From an uncultured bacterium (GTDB lineage Bacteria; Patescibacteriota; Minisyncoccia; Phycocordibacterales; DATDWN01), in the NCBI GenBank assembly GCA_963727715.1, contig CAVSGX010000004.1, forward strand, positions 82,582-146,581: a stretch of DNA of 64,000 nt. Direction: 5' to 3'. The notes beneath the pieces are model-generated. The model ran no database searches. It was not told the origin of the DNA and saw nothing but the letters and a program-made list of their open reading frames with translations. The translations under genes and the position numbers were made by a program. Positions 31,253 through 44,100 of this stretch are shown in pieces (positions within the stretch are counted from its first letter, which is position 1; each line of letters begins with the position of its first letter).

Positions 31253-33250
31253 TTATTTCACAACTCTTTCATCACCACTTTGAAAACCCGGGTCTGAGTA
31301 ATGGGTGGTCACATCTCCGGCTGAAGCGTCAACTTCGTGCTCTACATAAGTGTCGGTGGCCGATACGTTTGATGAGGGCAGAAGATCAATTGGCGATCCG
31401 ATTTCGGTCAGACTTGGGGTCAGACCGACCTGGAAAGAGACGCTTCTTGGTGAGTAGGTAAAGCCGGTGCCGGCAGAAACATTCCCAACTAACCAAGTAA
31501 TGAGGCGCGAGTCCGGGTTGTAGGAAATGCGTTCACTTGCCGGAGAAGTTTGGTTTCCCCAAACAAGACCAACTGGCAAAGTGGCTGTGACCGTCGCGCC
31601 GGAAAGATCATTGGAAGTGTTGGTCAGCGTCCATGTGATAGTGTAGGTTGATTCGTTGTTGGCTTTCGGCGGAATCGGTCCAGTGTTTTGAAAAGGCCCG
31701 ACCAGACGATAAGATTGGGCGGATAAGTTGAGATTGGAAAGGAATTTAAAAGTCATATTTTGAGTAGAAGAAATGTCGGACGCCGATAATCCTGTTCGAC
31801 TGCCGGACATGACGACCGATATGTCAATGTGTGGGTTTTCAATATTCTGGATTTGCGACCGGTTGGAAATTGGAGAAAGCGAAAAAGAAACTTGGCCAGA
31901 ATCACCTGGTGAAATTTCCGACAATGATCCCGTGGTGTTTTTGTCCCATAAAATTGAATTGTCTGACGAACTGTAAAATCCCCCGTTGTTAGCATTTACC
32001 TGGGCCGGATCAAAAACATTGCCGGAAAGTTTTACACTGATTTTATTGTTGACGATTTTATCAGGCAAAGTGTTTTGAAAACCTAAAATCAAAGAGACCG
32101 GCTGACCAAGCGAAGTGAATGTTTGGCTGGCATTTGATGAGTTTACAATAGACAAACCAAAAAATGATTTGCGTATGCCGACGGTGGCCAACTGCTCGGA
32201 AAGTGGATTGGTAAAATTCAGTTGGCCGGAAACTTCCGGCACGCCGACGGAAACATCAAAAGACCTGTCCTCCATATCTTGCCCGACTAATGTCCCGGTG
32301 ATGGTCAAATTTTTATTATCGCCGTTTTTAAAATCACCCAAGGACCACATGGCCCCAACCGAACCGGCCTTGGCGTCGGTAGTAGTTGATAAATTTGGAC
32401 TACTGGTGCTGGTGGAAGTGTTGAGATTGTCAGCCAGTGTCAGATTTCTAACAGGTTTTATATTTGAACTTTCATAGGTAAAACCGTAAGGATACTCCAC
32501 TTTGACCAGAGTGCCGGAAATGACAACATTGGAATTGGAGGTCAGGTTGATGGACAGGGTAACCTCCTGTCCAGAATTTACTTCCTGCGGATAAGAAACA
32601 TTCAAAAGTAAAGGTGAAGAGCTTATTGAAACGGCGTAATCTTTCTCTTTGGAAAAAACGGCAGCGGAGCCGACCACGGTGTATTCCAATTTCATAACAA
32701 TGTTTTGAACCGAATCTTTCGGCCCGAATAAAATTGCCCTAATAGACTGATTCTTGACTTGGCCTTTGGCAATACCATTCAGTGAAAATTGATCGCGGGT
32801 AAGAGGGGCGCCACCCCCGCCAGCCACCTGAGCGTTTGGCGGATAAGAAATAGTCAGTTTGACATTTTGCAAATCAACACGATTTTGATTGACCACAGAC
32901 AACCCCAAATCCAATTCTTCGCCGGAAGAGACAGAGCTCGGACCGATAATCTTAATGTCAACATTGTTGGAAGAAATCATATTAAACCCCCCGAAAAATA
33001 TAAAAGCGGCGACACCCAGAGCCAAAATAAAAAATATGACCGAAATCAGGAAAAATTTATTGAAAAATGAATTATTTTTTTGCGACATTTTTTTGTCCGA
33101 AAAATCAAAACCTTTATCATCTCCCCAATCCGGTGGCACAGTATAATCTTGACCCGAAACAGGAGTTCTTTTTTCCTTTGGCACCATATCTTCATTGCGC
33201 GAGTAAAGTGATTGTTTTAGATTTTCCAATCTATCTTTTTTGAAATCCAT
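31253..33250 (-). CDS. Membrane-anchored multi-Ig-like (DUF11-like) protein typical of Parcubacteria
   Basis: Single TM helix, repeated beta domains and GPIPPKA..TYTITW. Confidence 0.8.
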   Translation of the reverse strand: MDFKKDRLENLKQSLYSRNEDMVPKEKRTPVSGQDYTVPPDWGDDKGFDFSDKKMSQKNNSFFNKFFLISVIFFILALGVAAFIFFGGFNMISSNNVDIKIIGPSSVSSGEELDLGLSVVNQNRVDLQNVKLTISYPPNAQVAGGGGAPLTRDQFSLNGIAKGQVKNQSIRAILFGPKDSVQNIVMKLEYTVVGSAAVFSKEKDYAVSISSSPLLLNVSYPQEVNSGQEVTLSINLTSNSNVVISGTLVKVEYPYGFTYESSNIKPVRNLTLADNLNTSTSTSSPNLSTTTDAKAGSVGAMWSLGDFKNGDNKNLTITGTLVGQDMEDRSFDVSVGVPEVSGQLNFTNPLSEQLATVGIRKSFFGLSIVNSSNASQTFTSLGQPVSLILGFQNTLPDKIVNNKISVKLSGNVFDPAQVNANNGGFYSSSDNSILWDKNTTGSLSEISPGDSGQVSFSLSPISNRSQIQNIENPHIDISVVMSGSRTGLSASDISSTQNMTFKFLSNLNLSAQSYRLVGPFQNTGPIPPKANNESTYTITWTLTNTSNDLSGATVTATLPVGLVWGNQTSPASERISYNPDSRLITWLVGNVSAGTGFTYSPRSVSFQVGLTPSLTEIGSPIDLLPSSNVSATDTYVEHEVDASAGDVTTHYSDPGFQSGDERVVK

Positions 33251-33312
33251 TGCTGAATTATAACACAAAAATTTTTTCAAAAACACCACGAGGGTGGTGT
33301 TTTTGTTTGTTT

Positions 33313-34155
33313 CTATTTTCTTTTGCCAACTTTGCGACGAGAGATGACAAATTTGTTTGAGTATTTTTTCGGTGTGCGAGTTTTTTGACCCTTGCCTGTC
33401 GGTCGGCCCCATGCCGAAACGGCCCGACGGCGACCACGGCCTTGTCTGCCTTCTCCACCGCCGTGCGGGTGATCTACCGGGTTCATGGCTGTGCCACGAA
33501 CGGTCGGGCGAATGCCAAGCCAGCGCGAGCGTCCGGCTTTACCGAGATTGACCAAACGATTTTCTTCATTGGACAAAACGCCGATTGAAGCGAAGCAGGT
33601 TTCTTTGACTCTGTGAATTTCCGAGGACGGCATCTTGAGGTCAACCATCCCGGCATCCTTGGCCACCACTTCCAGATAATTCCCCGCCGAGCGTCCGAAC
33701 TTGGCCCCGCCCTGCGGTTTGACTTCAACATTGTAAACAAAAGTGCCGACATTTATATTGCGCAGAGGCAAGCGATTACCAACTTTTTGTTCGGCCGTCT
33801 CGGAGGTCAAAAACATTTCTCCAATTTTTACACCTTGTGGGATCAGAACATATCTTTTTTCTCCATCTCGATACTGGACCAAACCGATGAAAGCGCTGCG
33901 GTTCGGATCGTATTCAATCGTTTTCAAAGAGTAAGGAATACCTATTTTGTCATATTTAAAATCAACTTCGCGGAAAAGTCTTTTGTGCCCGGCGCCTTTG
34001 TGGCGAGTGGTCACTTTGCCGTGATGGTTTCTACCGACAGCCCGTTTAAATCCACGAGTCAGAGATTTTTCTGGTTTTTGAGTGGTCAAAATATCGCCAA
34101 AAGAAATGGTGGTCATGCCTCTACGCGATTTTGATGTTGGTTTGTATTTTTTCAT
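33313..34155 (-). CDS. rplB: 50S ribosomal protein uL2
   Basis: IEYDPNRSA and RGTAMNPVDHPHGGGEG motifs. Confidence 0.99.
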   Translation of the reverse strand: MKKYKPTSKSRRGMTTISFGDILTTQKPEKSLTRGFKRAVGRNHHGKVTTRHKGAGHKRLFREVDFKYDKIGIPYSLKTIEYDPNRSAFIGLVQYRDGEKRYVLIPQGVKIGEMFLTSETAEQKVGNRLPLRNINVGTFVYNVEVKPQGGAKFGRSAGNYLEVVAKDAGMVDLKMPSSEIHRVKETCFASIGVLSNEENRLVNLGKAGRSRWLGIRPTVRGTAMNPVDHPHGGGEGRQGRGRRRAVSAWGRPTGKGQKTRTPKKYSNKFVISRRKVGKRK

Positions 34156-34160
34156 ATTAT

Positions 34161-34237
34161 TAAGATGTAAAAAGTAATGAGTAAGGAGTAGGGGAAAGAT
34201 TTTGCGTTTTTTACTCCCTACATCTTACTTCTTACTT
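34161..34237. repeat. Inverted degenerate heptamer repeats between rplW and rplB
   Basis: AAGTAAT/GAGTAAG/GAGTAGG units mirrored by TTACTCC/TACATC/TTACTTT. Confidence 0.6.
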
Positions 34238-34244
34238 ATTGTTT

Positions 34245-34526
34245 TCAAATTATCTCTACTTTCTGACCTTTCTTCAAAAAAACATAGGCTTTTTTGTAAC
34301 CAGCCTTCATCCCTTTCTTGCCACGCACAAAAACTTTTTTGGCCGGGATATGTACTGTAGTCACCTTGACTGGTTGAGTTTTGTATTTTTCCACAAAAGC
34401 CTTTTCGATCTCCTTTTTGGTTGACATTTGGGGCACTTCAAAAACATAAACGGAAGATTCCGAGACAAGGGTGGCCTTTTCGGTAATGCACGGCCTGATT
34501 AAAATTGAAGCGAGATTTGTTTTCAT
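34245..34526 (-). CDS. rplW: 50S ribosomal protein uL23
   Basis: ITEKA and YKKAYVFL motifs. Confidence 0.97.
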   Translation of the reverse strand: MKTNLASILIRPCITEKATLVSESSVYVFEVPQMSTKKEIEKAFVEKYKTQPVKVTTVHIPAKKVFVRGKKGMKAGYKKAYVFLKKGQKVEII

Positions 34527-34531
34527 GTTTT

Positions 34532-35299
34532 TTATTTTTTAGCCACAACTTTTTTCTCCACTTTCTTTTCTGTTTTTTTGACAGATGTTTTTACTGCTTT
34601 AACTTTGACTTCTTTTACGGTTTTCACGGTCTTGGCCTCGCCGAGCTTGCCTGAAATTTGAGCCAAACTTTTCTCCGGGTTTTCAATTATCAAATATTTA
34701 TAATTCAAAAGATCAACCGGATTCAGGTTGCGAACCTCATCAACCAAAACGTTGTTGAAATTGTGAAAACTTTTTTCGGTCGCAGAATCCTTTTTGGAAA
34801 ATGCCAAGATGGCCGAGTTGTTTTTTTTGGAAAGCAAAGTTTCGTAGCCGGAGATTTTGGAAAGTGAGGAAAGAACATCCTTGGCTTCCTTGGTTTTTGG
34901 CGTTCTGAAAGAAATGTCATCAACAAAAATAATTTGGCCATCTTTGTATTTGGCCGACAAAATAGTGTAAAAAGCTTTGGCTTTCATTTTCTTGTTGATT
35001 TTGCGGTCGTAATTTTTGTCATTGCGTGGACCGTGAGTCACTCCGCCGTGAGCCCAGATCGGTGATCGAGTTGAACCGTGTCTGGCTCGGCCGGTGCCTT
35101 TTTGTTGCCAAGGTTTTTTGCCACCGCCGGAAACATCTCCGCGGTTTTTAGTATGAGCTACTGGTGTGCGCTGTGAAGACATCATGGAAGTTACAACCTG
35201 ATGCACCAAGTCAGCGTTCCAAGGCAAGCCGAAAACATTTTCAGCCAGCTGAATTTTTCCTGTTTGTTTTCCTTTTTGATTGTAAATTGTTGCTTCCAT
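34532..35299 (-). CDS. rplD: 50S ribosomal protein uL4 with a Lys-rich C-terminal tail
   Basis: GGGKKPWQQKGTGRARHGS. Confidence 0.99.
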   Translation of the reverse strand: MEATIYNQKGKQTGKIQLAENVFGLPWNADLVHQVVTSMMSSQRTPVAHTKNRGDVSGGGKKPWQQKGTGRARHGSTRSPIWAHGGVTHGPRNDKNYDRKINKKMKAKAFYTILSAKYKDGQIIFVDDISFRTPKTKEAKDVLSSLSKISGYETLLSKKNNSAILAFSKKDSATEKSFHNFNNVLVDEVRNLNPVDLLNYKYLIIENPEKSLAQISGKLGEAKTVKTVKEVKVKAVKTSVKKTEKKVEKKVVAKK

Positions 35300-35317
35300 T
35301 TTTTATTTTCAAAAATT

Positions 35318-35929
35318 TTATCCTCTGATTTCCACCAGTGTTCCCTTCCTGCCGGCCACCGCTCCACTAATGAAAATCTCTCCTGTTTCCGGAGAAACTT
35401 TAAGCACGGTCAAACCTTTCGTGGTGATTCTGTCACCACCCATTCTGCCAGCCATGCGTTTGCCTTTGGCCACCCGTCCGCCATCGCGACCAGCGCCACC
35501 GATCGAGCCCGGTTCACGCTCAGAGTGCTTCTGACCGTGACTTCGTGGGCCACCGTGGAAACCATGTCGCTTGACCACACCCTGAAAACCTTTGGCCTTG
35601 GAAATGGAGGAAACGGTCACGGTCTCACCACTTGCGAAAGAAGATAAATCTATTTTGTCTCCCATCGCAAATGTCGCATCACTTCCCGTTTCAAATTCTT
35701 TAAGATAAGCATAGTTGCCACCCTTCATGTGACCTTGCATCGGTTTGTTAACATTTTTGGCGTTGCGTGAGCCATAACCAACTTGAACAGCGTTGTAGCC
35801 GTCTTTTTCCATAGTTTTGATTTGAGTCACGGTCAAAGGCCCGGTTTTCAGAACCGTTACCGGATGAACTACCCCCCCCTCGTCAAAGATTTGGGTCATA
35901 TTCTGTTTTGTGGCCAGCAAGAATTTCAT
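35318..35929 (-). CDS. rplC: 50S ribosomal protein uL3
   Basis: DGYNAVQ, KGFQGVVKRHGF and REPGSIG motifs. Confidence 0.99.
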   Translation of the reverse strand: MKFLLATKQNMTQIFDEGGVVHPVTVLKTGPLTVTQIKTMEKDGYNAVQVGYGSRNAKNVNKPMQGHMKGGNYAYLKEFETGSDATFAMGDKIDLSSFASGETVTVSSISKAKGFQGVVKRHGFHGGPRSHGQKHSEREPGSIGGAGRDGGRVAKGKRMAGRMGGDRITTKGLTVLKVSPETGEIFISGAVAGRKGTLVEIRG

Positions 35930-36064
35930 TTTGGTTCCAAATTTGCAAATTAAAAAGCCCACAGGCAATGTTGGTATCCTAGCAGATATTGATTTTTATT
36001 TCAAGCCCCGTTGTAGTGTTGACTTACGTAACCAAAATAGTACCATAGCTAGCGGAGGTCTGTT

Positions 36065-36292
36065 ATGAAATTAGAATCAATTTGCCGGGGAATGCATGAC
36101 AACCCTAAAGAAACAGTTGTTGATATTGAAATAATAGCGGAGACAGCAGAAGAAGAGGAAATCATTAACAGGGCGGCGACAATGGTGATGGTTCAAGACA
36201 TACAAAGTATGGGTAAGATGAGCCTATCATCCGCTTGTCACCTCGTCGCAAAACGTGCTCTTAGCATAAGTTTCTACAAAAGAACGGTCTAG
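36065..36292 (+). CDS. Small orphan protein between rpsJ and rplC
   Basis: TTGACT promoter, GGAGG SD and a terminator overlapping the stop codon. Confidence 0.6.
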   Translation: MKLESICRGMHDNPKETVVDIEIIAETAEEEEIINRAATMVMVQDIQSMGKMSLSSACHLVAKRALSISFYKRTV

Positions 36293-36326
36293 ACCGTTCT
36301 TTGTTTTTTATAAAATTTTTCCGAGA

Positions 36327-36755
36327 CTAGATTATCTTCACATCTATGTTCACCCCGCTCGGCAGAGACATATTTGTCAGGGCTTCCATGATTTTCGGGT
36401 TCGGATTTAAAATGTCTATCAGTCGCTTATGTATGCGCATCTCAAACTGCTCGCGCGCGTTTTTGAAAATGAAAGACGATCGGCCAACAGTGTATTTCTT
36501 GTTGACAGTCGGCAAAGGTATCGGGCCCAAAACTTTAGCGTCGTAACGTAAAGCCGTGTCAATAATTTGTTTAACGGACAAATCCAAAATCTTGTATTCA
36601 TAAGCCTGCACCCTGATGCGCAGTTTAGAAACCGGCTCGGCTTTGGCTGGAGCTTTGACAGCAGTTTTTCTGACAGCCGGTTTTTTGACTGCAACTTTTT
36701 TCTCAGTCGGTTTCTTTGCAATCATTTTTTTTTCTTTGACTTCTTTTGTAGCCAT
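36327..36755 (-). CDS. rpsJ: 30S ribosomal protein uS10 with a Lys-rich N-terminal extension
   Basis: GPIPLPT and [15 protein letters not shown] motifs. Confidence 0.98.
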   Translation of the reverse strand: MATKEVKEKKMIAKKPTEKKVAVKKPAVRKTAVKAPAKAEPVSKLRIRVQAYEYKILDLSVKQIIDTALRYDAKVLGPIPLPTVNKKYTVGRSSFIFKNAREQFEMRIHKRLIDILNPNPKIMEALTNMSLPSGVNIDVKII

Positions 36756-36830
36756 ATGTTTTGTTTTTTGAATACTAGCAGATAATATTTTTTTGGTCAA
36801 CTTTTTTGTTTGACAAGGTTTTACCCTCCT

Positions 36831-37828
36831 GTTAGTTAACCTTTGAATTTAGACACTCAGTTAGAAATAATTGAGTGATATGAAAACATTTAAACATTTG
36901 TCATACGAGGAAAGAGTTTTGATTTCAGCTTTGTTCTCCGAGGGTTGGAGTGCAAGGAAAATTGGAAAGAAACTTGGCCGGCACCATTCATGCATTGCCT
37001 ACGAAATGAAAAAGAAAGTGAAAGGTTTGTATGTAGCCAAGAAAGCTCACCACAAAACATACTGGAGGAGATATTTAAGCAAGAAGCAGTGTATGAAAGC
37101 TGCTTTGGACAGAGAACTGTCCAAATTCATTCCGGAGAAATTGAAAGAAGGATGGTCGCCGGAGAGAATATCAGGGTATTTCAAACTGCAAGGAAAAAAC
37201 ATCTCAACTAAAGCGGTGTACAAATTCGTGTATTCCAGATGTTTGGAAAGATATCTGTTTTGGAGAAAACACCACAAGAAAAGTGGTTGGAAAAAGAAAA
37301 GATACGGTAAAGCCATCGATGAGAGAAAATACATTGAAGACAGACCGAAAATGGAGAGATCTGGACACTGGGAGGGAGATTTCATTGTCTCATCTCACAA
37401 CGCTTGTTCATTATTTGTCTTGGTTGACCGATATTCCAGAGATACCATCACTCGCAAAATTCCAAACAGAAAGCACGCAACGGTATTGCGTGCTTTCTTG
37501 GATTCTCTGCGTAATATGCCAGTCAAGACAATTACACTAGACAATGATATCGCATTTAATTGTTGGAGGAAACTGGAAAAACAACTAAAATGTTCGATAT
37601 ATTTCTGTCACCCATATCACTCCTGGGAAAAGGGTTTGGTTGAAAATACAAACAAATGGATCAGGGTGTTTGTTCCAAAGAGAAAAGATTTGAGAGAAGT
37701 CACAGAAGAAGAGCTTCGTTCAATTGAAAAGTTTTTAAACGAAATTCCTCGTCAATGTCTTGGATTTAGGACAGCAAAAGAGGTATTATTAGATTCAATG
37801 AAGTGTCTAAATTGAGGGGTGCGGAAAC
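36831..37828 (+). mobile_element. IS30-family insertion sequence, copy 2 (distinct from copy 1)
   Basis: ~27-bp IRs beginning GTT and sharing AATTTAGACACT. Confidence 0.88.
36880..37815 (+). CDS. IS30-family DDE transposase
   Basis: HLSYEER, WSPERIS, GHWEGD, TITLDND and HPYHSWEKGLVENTN motifs. Confidence 0.96.
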   Translation: MKTFKHLSYEERVLISALFSEGWSARKIGKKLGRHHSCIAYEMKKKVKGLYVAKKAHHKTYWRRYLSKKQCMKAALDRELSKFIPEKLKEGWSPERISGYFKLQGKNISTKAVYKFVYSRCLERYLFWRKHHKKSGWKKKRYGKAIDERKYIEDRPKMERSGHWEGDFIVSSHNACSLFVLVDRYSRDTITRKIPNRKHATVLRAFLDSLRNMPVKTITLDNDIAFNCWRKLEKQLKCSIYFCHPYHSWEKGLVENTNKWIRVFVPKRKDLREVTEEELRSIEKFLNEIPRQCLGFRTAKEVLLDSMKCLN

Positions 37829-37869
37829 GTCCTCGCTATAATACAGGTATTACAATTAACTAAAATACT

Positions 37870-38196
37870 ATGGGGATGGAATCATTTGGGGAAACAACTC
37901 CTGCTCCACAAGAAGAGACACCAGCGGTAGAAGGAGTTGTGAATGAAAAAAGTGCGACAGAAAAAGGGCTAGACGATGAAAGACAATTACTCAAATATTG
38001 TGATGAAGAAATGCAGAATATGCAACAAAGATACGAGAATTATATGAGGTCGTCAAAAGATCCCGATAACATAAAAGCTGGTGAGGATTTCAGAAATGCG
38101 CAAGCATGTTTAAGGGAGGTGAAAAATTGGAAAACAAAGATTGATGAACATAATATAAATGTAGAAAGATTGGAAGCAAAATTAAACATGCAATAA
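37870..38196 (+). CDS. Small coiled-coil orphan protein
   Basis: 108-aa ORF with TATAAT upstream and a terminator shared with tuf. Confidence 0.65.
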   Translation: MGMESFGETTPAPQEETPAVEGVVNEKSATEKGLDDERQLLKYCDEEMQNMQQRYENYMRSSKDPDNIKAGEDFRNAQACLREVKNWKTKIDEHNINVERLEAKLNMQ

Positions 38197-38210
38197 TGTA
38201 AAGATACTAT

Positions 38211-38238
38211 CAAAAAACCACCGGGAGGTGGTTTTTTG
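38211..38238. terminator. Bidirectional terminator
   Basis: CAAAAAACCACC-GGGA-GGTGGTTTTTTG. Confidence 0.8.
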
Positions 38239-38263
38239 ATTTTGCGCACTCGCACTTTTTTAC

Positions 38264-39460
<1,197 letters not shown>

Positions 39461-39554
39461 ATAATTTTTATAATTAAATAATAATTTTTGTTCCGAGCTA
39501 ACTGCAAAAGCACAATACTCGAGAAGTGACTGTGCCCTAGCAATTAGCGACTAT

Positions 39555-39625
39555 ATCCGCACACTAAGTCTGCCATCGCTTCGCCGTGTTTTGAAAAAAC
39601 ACAATGGCAAACTTAGTGTGCGGAT
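39555..39625 (-). repeat. 71-nt covarying hairpin element (family C), copy 2, in the tuf 5' UTR
   Basis: Matches 3905-3975 and lies between a TTGACA promoter (39661-39689) and tuf. Confidence 0.85.
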
Positions 39626-39772
39626 GAAAACAAAAGTACCGCTAAAACGCGATAATATATATATTATACAAAATCAAAAGTAATGTCAACAAAAAATATA
39701 AAAATCAGCCGCACCTTGTGAGATGCGGCCGTGACCAAATGGTCAAGTGTTAGGGAAAGAACTGGTGCGATG

Positions 39773-40522
39773 TCAGCGGGTCTGACGCTGGCGGTTGAGA
39801 CTGACCATCCAGGTCTGACTATCGACCCGTTGGTAGTAATTGTTCCGGTTCAAGTAAACCGAGAACTGCGCGGTGGCGATGCCACCGTCCGCCGGACGAG
39901 CAACCGCAGTCAGCTGAATCGGCACATTGTCCGAGTCGAGAAGCCCAAGAAAGAAAGTCATGGTCATCGAACCTCTCGGGCAGAGGTTGCGCGCCACAAC
40001 ACCTTTAGAACTCGCGATCTCAATCGGCAACGCGCTTGTGTTGACGACACGCACCACCACCGACTGGTAAATCCGCGTCACCCAGTGCGGAGGTTCAACC
40101 TCCGGATTGACCCAGAAGTTTCCGTCGGGGCACCCGGTGATTTGCGCGTCCGCGATGACCCGCCTAGCTTCGCGCTTGATCTTCGCCTGTTGTTTCTCCT
40201 CGTGAGCGATTTGCCTTTCGGCTTGCTTCATCGCCGGAGACTCGGCCTTGTGCGCTTCGCGCTCGGCCTTTTTCAGGTTAGCGTTGGCTTCGATGGCAAG
40301 TGCCCTCAGGCGAACGATCTTCTCCCGATCGGTCTCGCCGGCGGGTGCTGTTGTCGGCGTTGTGTTCTTTTTTGATTCCTTCTCCTTCTTGACTTTGGTG
40401 GTCTTACCGGCCACCTTGTCCAACTCGCTTTGGAGCGCCGGCGTCTGAGCTTGCGCCCAAACTGCACCGGAAAAAGAAAAGAAAATGACTATGGTTGCGA
40501 CCGTCAAATTTGATTTGTGCAT
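39773..40522 (-). CDS. Secreted hypothetical protein (GC-rich, coiled coil plus beta domain)
   Basis: Signal peptide (AVWA-QA), AGAGG SD and higher GC than neighbouring genes. Confidence 0.7.
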   Translation of the reverse strand: MHKSNLTVATIVIFFSFSGAVWAQAQTPALQSELDKVAGKTTKVKKEKESKKNTTPTTAPAGETDREKIVRLRALAIEANANLKKAEREAHKAESPAMKQAERQIAHEEKQQAKIKREARRVIADAQITGCPDGNFWVNPEVEPPHWVTRIYQSVVVRVVNTSALPIEIASSKGVVARNLCPRGSMTMTFFLGLLDSDNVPIQLTAVARPADGGIATAQFSVYLNRNNYYQRVDSQTWMVSLNRQRQTR

Positions 40523-40628
40523 GGCTTGTACCTCTACTGACAATTATACACCTTTTCACATTTTTTGTCAAGTTCAATTTACAGCAAAAATCTGGCTCAA
40601 CAAGGCCAGATTTTTGTAATAAGCAGAT

Positions 40629-40792
40629 TCAAATAAGAAAATACTTTTCCGGCACATCGCGCAAGAGGTTAGAAAACAACGACGTAGGCCTGAGTATACA
40701 GGCCGAGGAGAATTGTTTTCTTGACCGACGAGCGGGAAGAAAAATCGCACCAGCGATTTATTCTGGTGACGGAAAAGTATTTTCTTATTTGA
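40629..40792. repeat. Palindromic element family B, copy 1
   Basis: IR TCAAATAAGAAAATACTTTTCCG; minus-strand core CTCGTCGGTCAAGAAAACAAT..GTTGTTTTCTAACCTCTTGCG. Confidence 0.8.
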
Positions 40793-40808
40793 GACAGATG
40801 CATCCCAA

Positions 40809-41108
40809 CTAAGCGACCGGCACAAGCAAATCTTCTTTCAATTTTGCCACTTCTTCTTGTCGCATTTGCTCAAATGTCGGAATTTTGCTGGCCAAAAATT
40901 TCAAAACATCTTGTGGAGTAGTGGTGTCTTCATCCAAAAGCAAATCGAGCTCGGTCTGTTCTTTCTCGGACAAAATATCCAGCGAGCGAACCATTACGGC
41001 CTGATACAGAAGCCGGCCGATGCGATCCACCATTTCAACCTGCTTCATCTCCGGAAGATTCTGCAATCCCCACTCAGTGATCATTTCTTTTGATAAAATA
41101 TTTTGCAT
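40809..41108 (-). CDS. Small acidic CPR protein (DUF5663-like)
   Basis: GLQNLPE...LSEKEQ..FLASKIPTFE pattern. Confidence 0.7.
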   Translation of the reverse strand: MQNILSKEMITEWGLQNLPEMKQVEMVDRIGRLLYQAVMVRSLDILSEKEQTELDLLLDEDTTTPQDVLKFLASKIPTFEQMRQEEVAKLKEDLLVPVA

Positions 41109-41176
41109 TTGTTGAGTTTAATTATATCAAATCGACAAAATCACTTTTTTAATCACTTGTTAATAACTTTTTCAAA

Positions 41177-44100
41177 TTAATTATGTTTTGTCGCCATTAG
41201 GAGTGCGGTCTTAAAACTTTTTTTGGCCAGTTTGAAAGCTCTATCATATACGGTGTCGGCCATCAAAAAGTTGTGGTGAAGTTTTGGATCAAGGTTAAGT
41301 TTCAAACCTTTTTCTGTTAACAAACCTTTGGCAATTTCCTTGCCGTTGAGAAGAGCATGGATTTCGTCCGGATGACCCGGGACACCATGAATGAGACTTA
41401 ATCTGCCATTTTCAAACGCAAAGTTGGTTGTACTCTTTGGGACCGGGATGTTCATTCTGTCTTGAGCTATGACAAAAGCCTCACGAATCGGTGCGCTTTT
41501 TGGTCCATCTTGGAATCTATCGAGTAGTTGCATCCCGCTTGCGCCATTTGGCAATTTGACGGACTGTGCTACCGCTTCACCCTGAACAAAAATTTGTTTT
41601 TGTCCCCCGGCCACTTCAACAACACTCGTATGAAATTTCCCTTCTGCACCATTTGCTGCTTTGACAATGTGATCAAACTCAATGGCACCGGGCGTTTTAG
41701 GTGTGTTGGCTAGATTTTCGCCGACATGAGAAAAATTATGGATGTTGACCGGAGCGTGCGCTAAATCGGTATCAACCGGTTTGGAAAAATCAAGTGGTTT
41801 ATAATTTCCTGACACCTTATACGGTTCTGACACCAAAAATTCATTTTGGGGCTCGGTAACATCGGCAGGTTTCGGCGCCACAATTTCGTGCGGAACTGGC
41901 GCTTTCGGAGCAAACATTTTGTCGGAGTGTAGTGATTCAAAATTGTGCTCGCCTGTGCCAATAATTTCTGTTGGCTTGCCGGCGGCGGTTAGGTGTTCCA
42001 ATTTCAAATGACCTTCAGCGTCAACAGCCAAAGCTTCGCCTTTCAGCCCCATCGCGCTCGTGCCATGTTTGGCATCCCAAAAGCCATACTCTTGTGCCAG
42101 TTTGGTGCTCGGAGTTTCCACAAAATGTTTAACACCAGCCGGCATTTTACCCGCGTCAGGATATTGCGCTTTCAGTTTGTCTTTCATATCGTCAAATGTC
42201 TGGATAAATCCGCGGGAAGAAAGTTTGACTTCAACCACATTGGTCGCCTCCGGCATCTTCGGTCCAAGCGGAGGAGTAGCAACTTTGGGAGCGGGCGGCT
42301 GAGTGACGACTTCAGATACTTTCGGCGCAGGTGGTGTTTCGGCGGGCATTGTTAGTTTGACGGTTGGTGGCGCTTCGGTTAGAACAGGAGGTTTTGCTAC
42401 GGTTGGAGTTTCAGCCGGCATAGCTGGCTTTGCCGTGACAACTTCGGCGTGCGTTGTCCCGGTTTTTGGTGTGTTTTCAGAGTGGAACATTTTGTAAAAG
42501 AAACCATGTTGTCCAGATTGGACAGCGCCCGGAACATTGCCAAATTGATTGGCCATGGTTAAATCAGTGGCTATATTGACCCCGGCGCCGACAGCCACCA
42601 TAACCGCAGCCTTTTTTAAAATGCCACGCTTTTTTCTGTTTTCTTCTTTCTCTTTCAATCCCATCAACTCTTTTTCTTTGATTTCATAATTGTCTTCAGT
42701 CAATCCTTCAGCATATCTTCTCAAATTTTTTTGTTTCTTCCTTTCCAAACTCCATTTGGTGATTGAATCCACACCTTTGCCTGCCGCTTGACCAGCCAAA
42801 GCGCCGCTAAGAGATCTCGCCCCTCTGTAAGCCAAAGTTGTGCCGATACCAACAGTAGCCACAGTGCCGAGAGTCATACCAAGGCCAGTCATAACAGCCG
42901 TAGTCAAAGCGATTCTGGCCGGCAAAGGCAACTTGGCCCATTTTTCAAATGATTTGCCAATAATTCCCTTCTCCAAAGGCGGGACATTCTCGGCGATTCT
43001 TTTTTGCAAAACTTCCCATTCCTTTTCGGCTTGAGTAATAGCTCTACACTTGAAAATTGCGGATGCTTTTTCTTCATTTGACAAATTTTCATCCAAACCA
43101 AGATCATTTATTTCTTTTTCAATCCCGGGCATCGAAAAAATTTCTTCCATCTTTTTTTTCTTGGATTGGATATAGACGGCTTCGGCCGCTTCTAGTCGAA
43201 CTTTGACTTCTGTCATGTCTTGCGGAGTAACCTTATCAAATCTGTGAAATATTTCGTCTATTTTTTCTTCTAGACCAACTTTGGACGCCAAACCCCTGGT
43301 GGTTCTGTGGATAAAACTTCTGTTATTCATTATGTCCTCAGTTGTCTCACCTAAGCCTACACTGTTGGCCAAATCACTGGCTTGTTTATAAACCCATTTT
43401 TTCTTTTCCCGATTTTTATTTTTAAACTCCACCAAAACACTGGCATAAGTACCTCGCGCCTCGGCCAATTCCATGTCCACTTCGGAAAGTGCTTCCGCCA
43501 CTAGTGGAGCATTTTCAACCGCCCCAGACAGCACCGGCTCAGGTGGTAATGGACCAGCTACTGGTATTACTTCCGGACTGGCAGAAGGTTGCGGGGTTAC
43601 TTCCTCTTCTTGCCCAGGTTGCTGAAATTCTTCTTCATATTCGGCAAACTCATCAATACCAAAAATACCAAACAGTTCTCTCCTTTCGGCTTTACTTAGG
43701 TGACCTTTCTCAAGGTCAAAATCAATTTCTCTTTCCAATCCTTTTTTCTTGGATTCATACGGCTCAGAACTTCTGGAGGATTCTTCTATGATTGTAATGA
43801 GATTCCCTAAATTGGAATGATCTTCACTCTTGGACAAGGTTACCAAAAATTCAACGGCCTTTTCATATCTCTCTGATTCAGGATTTTCTTTTTGTTCTTC
43901 CGTTGTTTCAAAATTTTTACCGGCAGTTTTCACTGATGTTAACGGTTCTGTCGGTTCTACTTCCGTTTCCGAAGCTGGAATAACAGGTGGAAAAGGTAGG
44001 AAATCTTTGTTTGACACACTCGGAGAATTATCTTCAACTGGGGCTGACTCTTCTTCTGCTGTTATTATCGGCTCAACAATATGTTCAGAAGTTATTGGTT

